A stretch of DNA of 64,000 bases from Pelomyxa schiedti (GCA_020536535.1 JAHLWZ010000022.1:88947-152946), one strand, 5' to 3'; positions 35,309-49,469 are shown, numbered from the stretch's first letter. The notes: a model not told the origin generated them from the sequence alone. Numbers and translations are program-made.

Positions 35309-38300
35309 ATGTCGGGGCACAGCGTCAGGGATATCCTGGTAGGCGCGGGGATCGACGTAAGTGCGCTCGATGCCCTTAATTTCGATATGGACGAAACTCC
35401 AGTGGCAGCGTTCCTGCAACAGCTGGACGAGAACAAGGACTACGTTGACGCGTCGCTGTATTCCTCGGTGTGTTCCACCTTGTCGCGCTTCGCCGCTTCT
35501 GTCAACGATCTTCACCTCAAGTTGCAAGGTTGTTGGGTTTTCCTGGTACCTTGGACTCACTTGCAAAAGAAATTGGATTGGGTGAAGCTGAAGAGTCTGT
35601 GTGCAAAGCCTTGAGGATGGGTGAAAAGCCGTGCACATTGGTTGGATTGAGGGAGGCTCCTTTGGCAATTTTCCAGGACTCAGGCTGTAAACTTGGGTGG
35701 AGTCTCAAATTGCAAAGGCGAGCAGTGCCAAGCAGTGACCCAGGGGGTACCCCTTGTTCTAAGTTGAAGGGTTTTCCCCCTGTGCTGTTCAAGGCGGGAT
35801 TCCAGGACTTGGAAGACCTCCTTCCTTTTAATGCTGAAACCTTGATACAATCAGTGAAGATGCCAAAAAAAACAGCTGTGAATGTGTTAGAGAATGCAAA
35901 GAACATATTATTGCCATCCCCTGCATCATCAACCGCCTTTCCATGCATGTTGGAACAAGTGAGCAATGAACCCCACCACCTGATGACACTGGTACAGTTG
36001 GAGGAGTCAGTGCACAAAGTTCAGCTTCTGGGACAAAATGTGCTCTCTCTTGCCAACAAAATTCTGGGAGAGCCTTGTACAGCAGATGGTGAGTTTATCG
36101 ACTTCGACAAGCTGGATAGATCCAGGTGTATTATACTCGGATTCTTTGGGGATCTGCAAACTGTGACGCAGTTCTTGATGCGAACAGGTGCCTTTTCTCC
36201 TGTCACGGAACTCCCTGTCAAACAAACCGGGATTCACGCGTTTATCACTCGTTTTGCACCAAACTCCCGTATGCAGGGCATAGGGGTGATGATCCTCGTT
36301 TTTATTCCAGCAGCAGAAAGCTTTTCCAATGTTCAAATTTCTGACCCTGCATGCTACTTCCTGCGATTTTATTACAGCCTGTGCGACAGGATTTTCTTTG
36401 TCTTGTCCGGGAGAATGATTGAAGAACTCCAACAGCAGAGCCCCATCTCCCAGGAATCAAGGCTAATACAATGTGAGATTCAAGAGAACAGTATCCAAGA
36501 GCGATGCGAGATACAGAAGGGTTTTACTTGCTCTCTCCCCCCTCCAAATAAAGCCCCCTGGATGATGTGCAAGGGCAGTCACACAGTGGGGTTTGTAAAT
36601 TGGGAGGAAGTCTCCTCAAAAACAGAGTTTGTGCCTGCCACTGGCAACATTGATCTTTCTTCCTTCAAACAGCAACTGTTGTCCATCCTTAATGGCCGTG
36701 ATTTGTACACCGATAACCTCACTTTTGAGCAAAAGTTTCAGCTGCTTAATTTTTGTAACCACTTTGCCATGTGTGAGTTTGAAGGTTGGAAACAAAGACG
36801 ACTTAATTGGATAATGGGGCAGGTGGAGATACGAATGAGGACGCACCTTGGCTCCTACTTGCCCAAGGAATGGTTGCAGCCGCCAATGTCCAAAAATGCT
36901 TTACCGCGAGAGATCAGTGAGGATATCGTACCCACCTGCTTGGATAAATACGCTCATGAGGTTGCAGCCCTATTGGAACAAAACTCTCTTGGGAAGTCAG
37001 TGTCGGCAACAAGTCGAGAATCGGGCTGGTTTCACCGTATAAGGAGTGTTTCAGGATCCCAAACATCCCTAACACCTTCCGAAACACTGGAGGCAACAGG
37101 TACCCTGGCACCCCAGAACCTGCAGCGACGAATTGAAGTCCTTATCAAAAAAATCAAAGATGATGTGTCGAGCAACCCTTCTGACTATTATGCAGCTTGG
37201 TCAAAAGAGGTTTCTTCTCAAATTGAGAAAGCAATTGCAAAGGAATTTCCATCCAGCAACGCCAAAAAAGCCCGCATCACAAAGTTAAGCCCGGACCACA
37301 GCGGCCGGAATGTTGATCTTGGTGTTCTCGTTGAAAAAGAGGAAGCTGCGCACCTAGAAATCACAGTGATAGAAATGGGGGCAGAGAGGATCACCGACTT
37401 TTCCTGCGCATCTTTCACTCAACCTCGGCGTTTTTCTTCTCGTCTGGCAACTGTCCTGGGTGGGTTTTTATTGCCTTCAAATAACATCATGCTTGTGGGA
37501 ACAGAGAGATCCCAGGACGATCCAAATTTGGCCATTTCTATTCCTCATGAAGGGCGTTTCGAGTCCTTCTGGACTCTGAAGAGGAGGGCATCTGGTTGTG
37601 TTTTTAATTTCTGTGGATCCACAAGGGTGTTTATTGTGGCCTATCCTCCACCAATTGCCAGTGTGCACGCCCTGATGTTCAATGACTCCTACACAAGTTA
37701 TCAAATATTGGGGTCTTCCTCTTTTTTGGGAGACCCAATGTTCTCCAAGTTGTCTGGAGTTATCCCTGTTCCAGGAGGACGCAAAGTGATGCTGCTATTT
37801 CCAAGTGCAACTAAGCTTCACGACTTAGAAAATCACGATAGTTGCGACTTGAAAGTCAATGGAAGGCCTTTGCTTATTGATCACGACTGTTTTGTAACGC
37901 TTGCACAAATGGAGGTTTCTGGACCATGTGGAGCAGGTGAGAACACTCGGATTTCTGTGAGGAGTTTCACGAGCAGTAGCTCTGAACTCCACTGTGATAC
38001 CACCTTGCTCAATCCACAGCTTTTTGGCTCAACGATCCTCGTGGATTTTTGTATGGGTGGCAAATTGGTGAGACATATAATCCAATATAATGCCAGTGAG
38101 AACCGCATTTCTGCAGTCATGTGTGATGCCCAGGTGAAACGCACAGAGTTCACAATGCACAGCTCAAAAATGGTTTCAAGTCCGCAACTTTCTCGTCCTA
38201 TCCTGGATTACCTTTACTTGATGTTTGACAAATTTCCAATCACAGCAGTTTGTGACACAAATGAGCACTGCAAACCGTGCAAGCTGATGGTAGTGGTACC

Positions 38301-41300
38301 AACACTGACACCTGAGATAAACACCCTGGTATCAAAGAGCCTTCAGAAACTACAGACTTTGCTCTCTCGCCTATTCAAGAGTGGCTGGGAAAGGGCAGCT
38401 GAATTCTTTTCGAATCACATCACTTGTGGCATTGAGGAGGGATGGAATGAGTCGGACTGTTTGGAGCCGAGTGGTTGTGGATGGTGGCTCAAGACTCTTA
38501 TATCCCAAGTTCCAATCCAGATTGCTCGAGTCGACAACAACTGCTTGGAGATTATGGATAATGGTGTTGTCCAGAAGCAACGCACAATTGGAAACAAAGA
38601 CCAGCATGATGTCGCTCTCGAAATTTCCTTTGGACTGCTCGAGTCAATTTTTGCATCATCCGCAAGAAAGCCAGTGTTTGTTGTCACATCCATGGGCAAG
38701 CAAAGCACTGGGAAAAGTTATGTTCTCAACCACCTCTTGGGTGTTCTCTTCGATATTTCGGGAGGAAGGTGCACAAACGGCTGCTGGATGAGTGTGCGTG
38801 AAAAGTCTGATCGGTTAATTGTTGCCTTGGATTTTGAGGGTCTGTGCTCCTTGGAGAGGTCCACGGAAGAGGACCTTCTCCTCTCAGTTTTAAATGCCGC
38901 TGTCTCAAACTTGACTCTTTTCCGGACTGAATTGAATATTGACCGGGAAACAGAACATATGTTCCAAAAGTTTCAGCAGGGGATCGGCCTAGTGAAAGGA
39001 GATGAGAAACTCTTCAAAGGGTTCTTTGCTCTGATGGCCAAAGATGTTCAAGAAAGGGACATAAGCAGCTTAGTTTCGGAGTTTGCATCCAAATTCCGTG
39101 GAATAATCGCACAGAACCAGGGGAATAATTTTCTGACACGCATGTTTTCTGGACAGTTTGACTTTATACTGTGTCACCAACTCGGTACATACGAGTATAA
39201 TGAAAGCTTGGAAATGTGCAATGCACTCCTTGCGAAACGAACTTCGCAGTTCCTGGGCGCCGAGTTCGTAGATGAGATTAAATTATTATTAGCCAAACTT
39301 AATTTGAAGGACTGGTCTTCACTTGTCGGGCAGGACTTGAAAATTACTCTTAAAAAGCTACAAAATGGGCTACCTTCAGCTATGTCTTATGGGAGAACCA
39401 AATTTACAAGTCCTGCTGGGCAGCTTCCAAATTTCCTGACCAGAGATGTTATTTCTTGTGTGGAAACCGGAGTGGTTTCTGAAATAAGAATTCCTATCTC
39501 ACATTTTAATCTTAACACAACGGAAGAGACAGATTTACTTCGGATACGAGACGAGTTAAAGGCTCAATTTGAAAAGTACTTTCCAAAAACCAAACAGTCA
39601 GATCCATTCCTTTGGCATGAGCAATTCAAGCAGTTTGTTGCTCTTGTTATAGAAATCCGCAAGAACCATGTGAACATGTGGATCAGTTCCAACATAAAGG
39701 AAGAATGGACAAAAGACCCAAATGTTATTGCATTCCAGACCGAAGTGTCACGTGACATGCAACAACTGGATGCACTGGCACTTTGCACGGATACTTGTGA
39801 TAACTGTGGATTGCCTTGCTTGCTTCTAGCTCCACATTCGGGCAACCACGACTGCTGTGGGTCTCACCACTGCGAAGACCACTGTGTTAACTGCAATGAG
39901 CTTGGGGAAAAAACCCAATGTGTCTACACAGCTGCCCATAGTGGGGCCCACGACTGCGGGCAGGGTCATACATGCAATAAAACCTGCCAACTCTACTACA
40001 AAGATGGTTGCAACAAATTCTGCAGTCTCCCCCTTAACCACGAGGGTCACTGCAAGTGCAGTGCCAAGAGTCACACGTGTGGTGAGCCTTGCTCGGCAGT
40101 GGGTCCGGAAGGGCAACCTTGCACACAACGCTGCAAACTTGACTATATGAACCACGAACTACACAATTGTGGGATGGATAAGTGCTTGCACACTTGTTTC
40201 TTCCCCAATTGTGGCAAGACATGTGCCTCTCACCACTTTCATGGAAATGAAAACTCCACTAAAGAGACCCACTTATGTGCCGACGCTCACAGATGTCCAG
40301 AGATCTGCAACCAAGATGGCTGTTGCGAGGTCGAGTACGTTCAAAAGCCAGTTCTGTTCCGTATTAAGGCAAACATCGAGTACGATACAATCACTGTACC
40401 GGAGCAAAGGAAACTACCTTGTTGTGCAATGATACCTGCAGGGAAATTGACACACGGTGACAGTCATAGACACAGTGAGCACTCCCCTCATCTCTGCCTT
40501 GAGTTGTGCCCAGCCTGTGGCTACAACTGCACTCTACCGTTTGGGCACCCGGGGAGACACAATACCGACCATGGCCAAATGGTACATGCACACTTTGTTT
40601 CAACAGAAAACGGCATTGAGCGACACGGGCAAGTATACTGCGCTGGAGAAACGGGATGGGCAGAAATGTGCCGTACGTTTTGTGTTGAAGGTGGAAGGGG
40701 GCATATCCACGTACTCCCATGCAAGTCCAACACCATCTGCTCAAGGGGAGAAGAAGGCCTACGACACGCCGTTGTGCAGTACAACCCAGATCCAGGCTCT
40801 CCAAAGGATGAACTCACCCACGAAAAGTACTGGGATTTCATCAACTTTGTGGATCCGTGCACACCAGAGCAGATTCAGGCGTCCAAACGGTGCCCTCACA
40901 CATGTTGCAATTACCATGGAGACAAGTGTTTACTTCCGCTGTGGCATCCCCCGTGCCCTCTCAACCAAGGCAGAAAGACTATTTTCATGGACCAAGTGGG
41001 TTATGCTTTGCAAGATGGGCACCTGTTCAGCCATCTGCACGGACCTCCACAAGACTTGCATGTGGTTTTTTGTCTTGATAGGTCCACTTCGATGCAAAAT
41101 TCTTGGTACTCTGTTGCGATTGCGGGGTATCAAAACGCTTGGCAGGCACTTGTGGACAGTGTGAAGGGTTATATTCGGCTACGAGACAATCCAAATGATT
41201 TGTACAGCTTTGTCTTCTTCTCTGGACAAGTGGATTGTGTACTAGCACCGTGTACACGTGAGGAAGCACTCGAATTTGAATCAAAGTTTTCTGACCCCTT

Positions 41301-41739
41301 TGGTGAGGAAACATCGTTTTCCCCTGCATTGACCCGGTGTCACAAAGTGCTACAAACTACAAATTGGTTTTTGTTTTCCTTCTCATGCTTCCTTCTTAAC
41401 AGTCAATAAAGGGAAGAATTTTCGGCACAGCTTATTGTAATCTCTGATGGAGGTGACAGCACAGGGCAGGAAGAGCTCTGTGCAATAGCCAACGAATTCA
41501 AAGGCTCACTGCAAATCTACTGCATCAGTATTGGTGGCCTCCTGGCAACCAGGAAAATGAAAGCCCTGGCAGGCACTGTTGGAGAGCACCACAACGCAGA
41601 AATTCCACAACTGGTGGAAACTCTAGCCACAATAGCCAGCATCCCACCACCAAATGTTGCTTTAATGCCCAACTTTATGCCAACCCCCACAAACCCCACT
41701 GCCACACAAAGGACAAATAGCACCCAGAGGCATTTTTAA
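35309..41739 (+). CDS. Giant GB1/RHD3(VLIG)-type GTPase-Cys/His array-vWA (copy B, inverted paralog of 7234-13860)
   Basis: Exon 1 MSGHSVRD, intron 35529-35569, a ~5.8-kb exon with the same G motifs, an intron near 41368-41411, then EFSAQLIVISDGG... to TAA at 41739. Confidence 0.88.
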
Positions 41740-42462
41740 AAAATAAAGGGTTTTCTTTGTTAGCGGTATGGATAGAAATAGAACTTTAGATGATCAACAT
41801 GATGGCCGCGAAGCTAATGCGCGGGAATGGAATCCACAGATTGATCACGTCGGCACCGACATCAAGGATCGCGCCGAGACAGCAACGAAATCCACGACGG
41901 CGTCACCGAACGACGTTAGCCGCAGAACACCGCACCACCGCACGAGAAAAGTCGCGCGCTCTTAAGCCGAACCAAAATTGTTTAATTATGGCCAAAGTCG
42001 AATAGAAAAACATTATTCATCTTGCTTGTTTCTAACCGTTAGAGCGGGATGGATAAAATCTTCTTCATCACTGAACATAATTCCCAACTCCCCAGGCTCT
42101 CCAAGAAAAGAAGTGGATGGAAGCACTCAAAAACAACTTCCTCTGTGTGGACTCCTCTCCCTCGTTCTGCCACTACCCACTCCGCAATGTAATGATTGTC
42201 GTGGCTTGTGTAGTATCTGAGTGTTGTTCTCGGACTCCGTTTTAGAACCAAAAAGGCAAAAAATTGTTAGTGCGGGGGGAAGGCTGTCAAAATTTTTTCG
42301 AAAAATTTTAGCAGCTGTGGTTCTTCACAGAAACTTCCAGTTGGGGGCGAACGTGCTTGTATTCTACTGAATCACACATTACGCAGTTCTTTTTGGTAGT
42401 AGTACTGATTTCATACTAAGCCAACAGTGGTTTGTGTATTGAAAAAGATGATGTGCTTTTAC

Positions 42463-45400
42463 CTAACAACTCAAGAACAGACCAGCAAACAGCCCCCCCA
42501 ACACTATCATTGTCCAACCAGGGAAGCCCATTCCGGCACTACTAGTGCTCGCCTTATTGCCGGCACTGCTGGAGCTCACCTTATTGCAATATTGGGAGAA
42601 GTAGTTCCCTTCGGAATCTTGGTAACAATTCTCTGAAAGTGATTCTGTGCTGGATACAATGGACAACTCAGAACAAGATTTCTGGTCTGAGCAACTCGAA
42701 CTGCATTGGTGAAACTGACAAAAAGAGTGAATTTGAATATATATATAATCTTATATGTATATAAGATTAACATTGGGAAAGGGAGAGAGAAAAGAAGACC
42801 TACAGTAACACTTGCAGCTGAATCTGAAGCAATACATGAGAAATATGAACTCTTTGTGCCATCATCAGAGTTAACACACTCGGGTGCCATAATTATAATC
42901 GAGGCTGGTTCCTGTGCTCCACACTCCTCAACATAGTACGTAGTGACTATCGGGCTAATGCAAAAGATGAGTGAAGTTGTGTGCCAGCTGAAGTGAATAT
43001 TTACTTGTCCCAATAACTTTCTGGAGAAACAAACTCAGTTGCGCAATACATCTTTGTAAGAAATCCGTCTACTACTGCTTCAAATTCAACGCAATCTGTA
43101 CTCCACTCTGCTGCAACTTCAATAAGGGCATCTTTCACTGTCCACACAATTAGATGGAAAAGTATGGAATACTGGGGGCGGAGACCAACCTGTGGAACTG
43201 GCAGCATATTTCTCTATGGTTTGGTATGCGGGGTTGGAATTACAGACCAATGTGAAGTATGAGTTTTCTTCCGTTGAATACCAACAGTGCTCAGCACTAC
43301 TGGGAGAATCTGACTCTATCCAGGTATTGACTGAGGGTAATGTGTCTTCACAATCAGTTCCATCATGGGTTGCCCACTGGATGGGAAAAAACCGTGTTAA
43401 GGCAATTATTTTTTTAAACAAAGGTACCAGGAGTCTGGCGCCATTAATATTATTGCTGCAATTGAAGAGAAAGCTCTCAGGTAATGCTTCATGATTGACA
43501 CATGAGGGGTTGAAAGATGTAACACTTTTCCTCACTGAAATATCACACGAAGAAGAACCATCACCAAAGATGCTGAGGACATAAGCCCTGGTGCATTTGA
43601 ACATCAAGGCATTAAAAGTACACACAACATACTCTGACCAGTCACTGTAAGCATTTGGCTCCTCAGTAACACAATACCACTCCTCCACCATGTGAGTAGT
43701 TTGGTAATTCCAGCCCAACAAACCCCTTGAATTGCATTCATCAGTGTAATCACTGTATTTTCTAATCATCAGGTAACTGGTGTTGTCTGCAAAATCGGTT
43801 AGTTATTTAGTGTCATATTGATGATGGCACTTGCTGTAGTTTGTTTTATGTTATGTACAGTAACGTGGACTCACTTGTGTTGGAGGCGAACTGCTCAATC
43901 ACTTGGTAGCCACTTTCACTTCCACAAAAAAGTTGGAAAAATGTTCCGTCATTGTAGTAATCAGAATAACAGTAGTCTATCTTGCTAAAGTTGCTTTTCA
44001 ACTGGCCATCCCATAATTCGTATACTGTGCACAAATCCATACAATTATCATAACTGGAACCACAGTGGTACATCTAATTATCCCATCCCCCCAACCAATG
44101 TTAGTACAAGAAACAGAAGAGGTTAAGTACCACAGCAGCACCATCATCCTGATTTTTACTGCACCCAAAGATCCAGTTTGTCCCATCGCGAGTGTCAGTC
44201 ACGCATCCAGGATTGAAGGAGACCCACCAGTTTGCATTGATTGTGCAAGCATTGTCAAGATACTTGAAGGAATAAATTGCACTGAGGAAAGAGTTTTTTT
44301 AGGGAGAAGAAGCGTCATATTTATTGTAACAAAGAAATTGATGCTACTCACTTGCTCCAGTAGTCTTGTGGCATAGATGAAGTATTATAACAGTGCCATA
44401 CCTCAAAGAAGTCGCCAGTACTGTCGGTCTGATCCACACAGGTGTTACTATAGTATCCTTCTGCATACAGTAGTGATTCCGGCTCTGTTTGAGTTTGAGT
44501 TCATGGTGTTAAAAAAAAAGGGAAGGAGCAATGTGAATACTGTTGGTATCAGAGGCATAATATTCCACAATTTGCCACGCTGGATTGTAGGGACTGCAGT
44601 ACATAGTGAAGTATTCAGTAGTGCTGTCATCATAGTAATAACAATATTTTTCATCACCAGAACCAGAAGATGATGCAATAATGCTGCTGGTACAGGTTCC
44701 ACAGTGAGAATCACACGCATACATCTGTGAACTGTAAGAAAGGAAAACGAAGAAGTAATGGAAAGGGAATGAAGCAACGCACATCAAGTTCCACACTCAC
44801 AGCACTCTGCTGGTTGCAGTGATAGTACCACGCATTATTGGAAATTGTGTCATTCGTGCAATCAGGGGTCATTATGCTGGCCCAAATTGGCTCCACTGAG
44901 CACCTTGAGTCCAGTGGAGAGTAAAAAAGTAGTAGAAGACCCCTTTTGAGGGTAAAAAAATGCTGAGTCGTCATCCAAAGGGGCTCGGGAAAAAGCAGTG
45001 TTACATACTCTTGAATGGTGTCAGTCAAGACCGGTTTGGAGTCACTGCAAGTCCACGATGCCTGAAGAGAACTACCTTCAGAAATGACACGTGTCCAACA
45101 GTTATCAGCCCACCATTGGTCAACAGCAATGTACGTGCTTAAAGCGTTTGTGGGGTGGTGGTACACAGTCTGCCAACCCTCGGAAAGTGTTCCATCTGTC
45201 AGTTGGTACCATGTATTTGGGTGGTTCCAAATGTGATCATAAAAGCACATTGGGGCTTTGCTTGGTTTATTATTAGTCAGCGGAAGAAAGTCCGTGTAAA
45301 TTGCGTCCCCTTTCAGGCATGAACCCCATAATACAGAGTCATCCAAGAGCTTGCAGTTAAAATCAAAAGAGAAAACAAACAAACAAAAAGAATACTTTCA

Positions 45401-46562
45401 AAGTTCCTTTGGACAAGTCATGGTCAAATGCATACGCATGGCCCCCATCGATGTGGCAAGCGTCATCCCAAACAAAAGTGGATCGAGGATCGCCGGAACA
45501 AGTGTAGTCATTCTGACTATAGTAATACACAACAAGGGTACTGGTTTTTGTGTGATTTATCAATGCCATAACCATAAAATTATGATGTGGAAAATGTATA
45601 TTGGTTTTATTGCGAACTTACTGGGAGGGAACAAGCTGAAAAGGTTGTGGTTCAGTATCTGAGCAGGACCACACCTCGGTGAAATCATTTCCAAACACAC
45701 ATGCGGCAGCAAGACAGTAATCACTGTTGGGTAATGAAGATTTCCATAAGAAAGAAAGGGAAAGAAAAGTCATACGTATAATAGAACTGATAGCCCAAGA
45801 AGAAATCTATATTACATTGCTCTGCAAAGAAGAAAGTACAGGTGAAAATAAAGAAGATACGGAAATGTAAGTTACCATACGCAGCCTCTTCATTGCTGTA
45901 GCTAATAAGTTGCCATCCAGGTGTCGCTCTGGAAGCATTGCACGTCAGCCTCCACCACACACCAGACAACGATGCCGAAGAGATACACCCAGCTAAATTC
46001 AAGTCAACATTCTCGGGTGTTGTCGGCAATGCCGCAGTTTCGTCAGTGAACAACCCGTCATCGCAGAACAGTCCATTGTAACTCTGCATTATACCAGAGT
46101 CCCTCTCACACTCCCACCAGTTATAGTCATCATTCACATCTTGCAGACACATGTTGGCCCCAAACACCGTGTAGCCAGTGATATTCCTTGTGCAGCCGTC
46201 GCCATTGTACTTCGTGATGAGGTGGTATCTGGTGGGCCCCGTTAGAAGAAAACAGTACAATCAAAAAAACAAGCTCACTGAGAAAAGAAAGAGTTCACTG
46301 CTGGCGGGTGGGCCTCATCATAACAGTCGACCACGAAGTTCCAGTTGGAGGAGTGTGTGCAGGTTGAAAGCTGGAGGCACCCCTGTCCGAGGACCATGTC
46401 CACCCAGGTCAGAGTGGAGCACTGGAGCCCGTTGAAGTAGTCGTTGTCGTACACGTAGTACTTGTATACGGACCACTCCAGCGACGTGGCAGGAGTGGGC
46501 AGCTGGGTGAAAAGGAAGAAGGAACTGAGGAGGAGGTAGGTAGCGAATTGTGGCACTTTCAT
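42463..46562 (-). CDS. Cys/Tyr/Trp-rich secreted surface protein, probably GPI-anchored, multi-exon
   Basis: Signal-peptide-like start MKVPQFATYLLLSSFFLFTQLPTPATS at 46562. Repeated Cys-rich exons contain Y(F)xLxC...(W/Y)Q.I..Y motifs. The end reads SSSAGNKASTSSAG-MGFPGWTMIVLGGLFAGLFLSC*, a small-residue spacer followed by a hydrophobic tail. It could be more than one gene. Confidence 0.6.
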
Positions 46563-46838
46563 GTACTGTTTAATTGGTTTTCTGATTGTCTGTTGGTACT
46601 GCAAAACCTCCCATAAAAAGCTCGTGCAAGTTGGTCTGAGTTGGAATGCGATAGAATTTCCTACAACTTGTTTTTGATTTGGTTTGATGTTCTTCTCACC
46701 CTTGGAGAGAGTGGGAGATGCGCTTGTGGGATTCAGACACACAGTGGAGGAGTGTAACTGCCAGCTCTCCCACAGCAGTCGAGACGCTTCTTGTGAGGAA
46801 GTGGCCGAAAATGAGATCCACCTCGTTTTCCGGCCTGA

Positions 46839-49235
46839 TGAGTGCCGGTGGTAGCAGTAACCATGGTGGTGCGGGGCGGAGGAGTCGCCCAGCAGAAGAA
46901 GTGGAGCACGTGCTGAGCGTGTCCAGCGTCGTTTGGAACCACGTGCTGCCTCAGGTCTACTGGCCCGGCCCCCACAACGAGCTGCAGGACGCCCGCGACG
47001 CCGAACCCGACGTGGAGGTGAGCCTTGTCCGCCTCGCCACGGCCCTGTTCCCCCTGCTCTGCCTCGCGTGCGCCAAGCTGGCCCACGAAGGCTACTGCGT
47101 CGCCTACGCCGCCGGGGTCGCCGGGAGCCCCGGGGCCATGCGCTGGGCCTGCTCCCCGGCGGCGCGGCGGTGCCGGCAGCGGTACCCGCCGTGGGCACCA
47201 ACTGCGGCGATTGCAGCCACTTGCCCGGCCGACACAGCCGTAACACTTTCTGTCGGTGTTGCCACGGCTGCTAGTGCTGCTGCTACTTCTGGTATTACTA
47301 CTACTTGCAGTAGTAGCTGTACTGCTAGTACGACGCCGATTACTACTACAAGTAGTAGTAGTAGCAGCGCAGGTGATATTGACGAGGAGACGGCGGCTAG
47401 GATTGCGAGGGGGAAGAGAACGAAACTGTGCTTCATGCTTCTGAGTGGATTGTGTGTGGGAGGGCACGTGGGGCTGGCGAGGAAGCTGGTGTCCAACCAA
47501 ATTATGGGAGTGTGGTGGCCGCTTCCTGAGGACCCCGAATCAGCCATTTTGGACGAGTACATCAGCGACAGCGCGATTCTGAGCAAAGTGGCTGAGCTCA
47601 AAGACCTGGAGACCGTGAAATGGCTGGTCGAGAGGTTCGGATTCCACGAACCGTGGGAATTCGCGCAGGCGGTGAGCGGCGCGTGCGACGTGGGCAACTT
47701 GGCGCTCTTGGAGTGGCTGGATGAGACTTTCAATTTGCATTCGGAGCTTAAGATTGATTCGTCACGGCACTTGTTGAAGAATGCGTGTGCTAGTGGGCAC
47801 CTCCCTTGTGTGAAGTGGGTGATGGAAAAATTCCCCGTAAGTGGGGAGGAGCTCCGAGACTTCGATCTACTTCTTTACACTCTGCAACCTTCTCATGACG
47901 GTGCAACTACTAGTTCACATATTGAGGTGGCGTGTTGGCTGAAAGAGAATCTGGGCATAACAGACTTGGACTTCGAGACTCAAAAGAAAGTCGTTTCTCA
48001 CTGCGAATTGGAGATGGTGAAGCAAATTTTCGCACTAGTGGGTATTAATTCTCCTTCAGAAGAACTCTTGAAACCTATATTGAAGCGTGGCGACCTCAGT
48101 CGTGCGAAGTGGCTTGTGGAAGACAATAATAGGCAGCCAAATCCAGAGCATTTTATCTTAGCATGCCGCAATAGGAAGGCTAACTCGTGTGCACTTGCCG
48201 AATGGGTATACTCAAAACTCACCCAACCACTGAGTTTAACACAAATTGCATTGGCTCTGGCAAATGCTCTTGCCATTGGCAATACAAGTCTGTCTGACTG
48301 GCTGAATGATACGTTTCAGGTGATTAACCAAATTCAATCTAGTGCCACTCTTGTATCCCAAGAACTGGAGGACATATGTCGCAACCTCTCTCGAACAGTC
48401 AAAGAAGGTGTTGGAATCCTGGGGGTAAAGTGGTTCCTCACAAAAATCAACAAAGAAAGTGTGGCCCTGGAATCCATCCTACGTGCTTGTTTTAGTGCCC
48501 TTAAAGTCGGGGACCTTGATATAGCACTTGTATTGCTTGGGGAATTCCATATCTCACCTGAAGAAAACGCAAAGTTGTACCTCAAACTTCTCAAAGTGGT
48601 CATGCGTACTGGAAATAGGCGCAGTGTTTTTAAAATCCTAGCCATGAAAGATTTTAGTCAAGAAGATGTTGCACACTGCTTAGCTTGCCGCTATGCAAAC
48701 AACTCCTCTGAAATGGTAAAATATTTGATTGAAAGATTCCATCTTGGGAGGGACCATATTACCCAGAAGAAGAATAATCTGTTGTGTTGTCTCCTTGCAG
48801 GACAAAAACTGCACTGTGCGCAATGGTTGACAGCTAAGTTTCACCTTGATTCCGATAATGCAAGTTCTCCATCCCTTGTATCACTTCATGAACCACACCC
48901 AGGTTTTGGAAATGGACATCGCGACCAACATCGACTACTGGGACTGTGAGGGCCCTTTCATCCCACTATGGAGATGGATTATTGAAGCTTTCCCTACAAT
49001 TGGCCCGGAACAAGTACAGAAGCTTCTGCCGTTGGTGGTATTAAGCCCGAAATGCACTCAGAAAGTGATTCAACATTACGGCCTCCCTATTTCCATGGAT
49101 GTAATTGAGCGCCACTGTGCGGAATCCTTTGCCTTGTTCTTCTCCCGGCAGATGACCGCTTGGCTACAACACCACTGCGGAAATATATGGGGTATGTGCC
49201 AAAAATTTACAAACTCCATACTCACCACCAAGTAG
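46839..49235 (+). CDS. Degenerate ankyrin-like repeat protein (likely lineage-expanded family), one GC-AG intron
   Basis: Repeats: LCVGGHVGLARKL, DLETVKWLVERF, ACDVGNLALLEWL, ACASGHLPCVKWV. A GCAAGT...CAG intron (48860-48902) joins ORF 46718-48949 to ORF 48846-49235. The start codon is uncertain (46718, 46811 or 46839). Confidence 0.7.
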
Positions 49236-49469
49236 TAGAGAAACTGAAATCCTCCACATACACCCTGGAGGAAGGAACATATTATTAAACAACAAAAACA
49301 GAGGCAGAACCCAAAGGACGGTGGCGGTTCAGTGGTGCAAATGGGGCCCAATCACCTCCTTTGTTACAGTACCAAGTTGGGGGGGAATACCTCCTCCGCA
49401 CCGAAGTTTTTCAGATTGATCAAAATTTCCGTTGTATCTTACAGGTCGAACGTGAACGTACACCGACGG

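Noticed and set aside
41768-42251. Small ORFs between GTPase B and the surface protein
   Set aside because: No motifs or convincing splice structure, so I cannot support a gene.
46275-47500. Long antisense ORFs over GC-rich exons (also 52265-52870, 58343-59029, 32350-32922)
   Set aside because: They are shadows of GC-rich or low-complexity sense coding sequence. The exception is the 3' part of 46275-47246 (from 46562), which is the real first exon of the surface protein.
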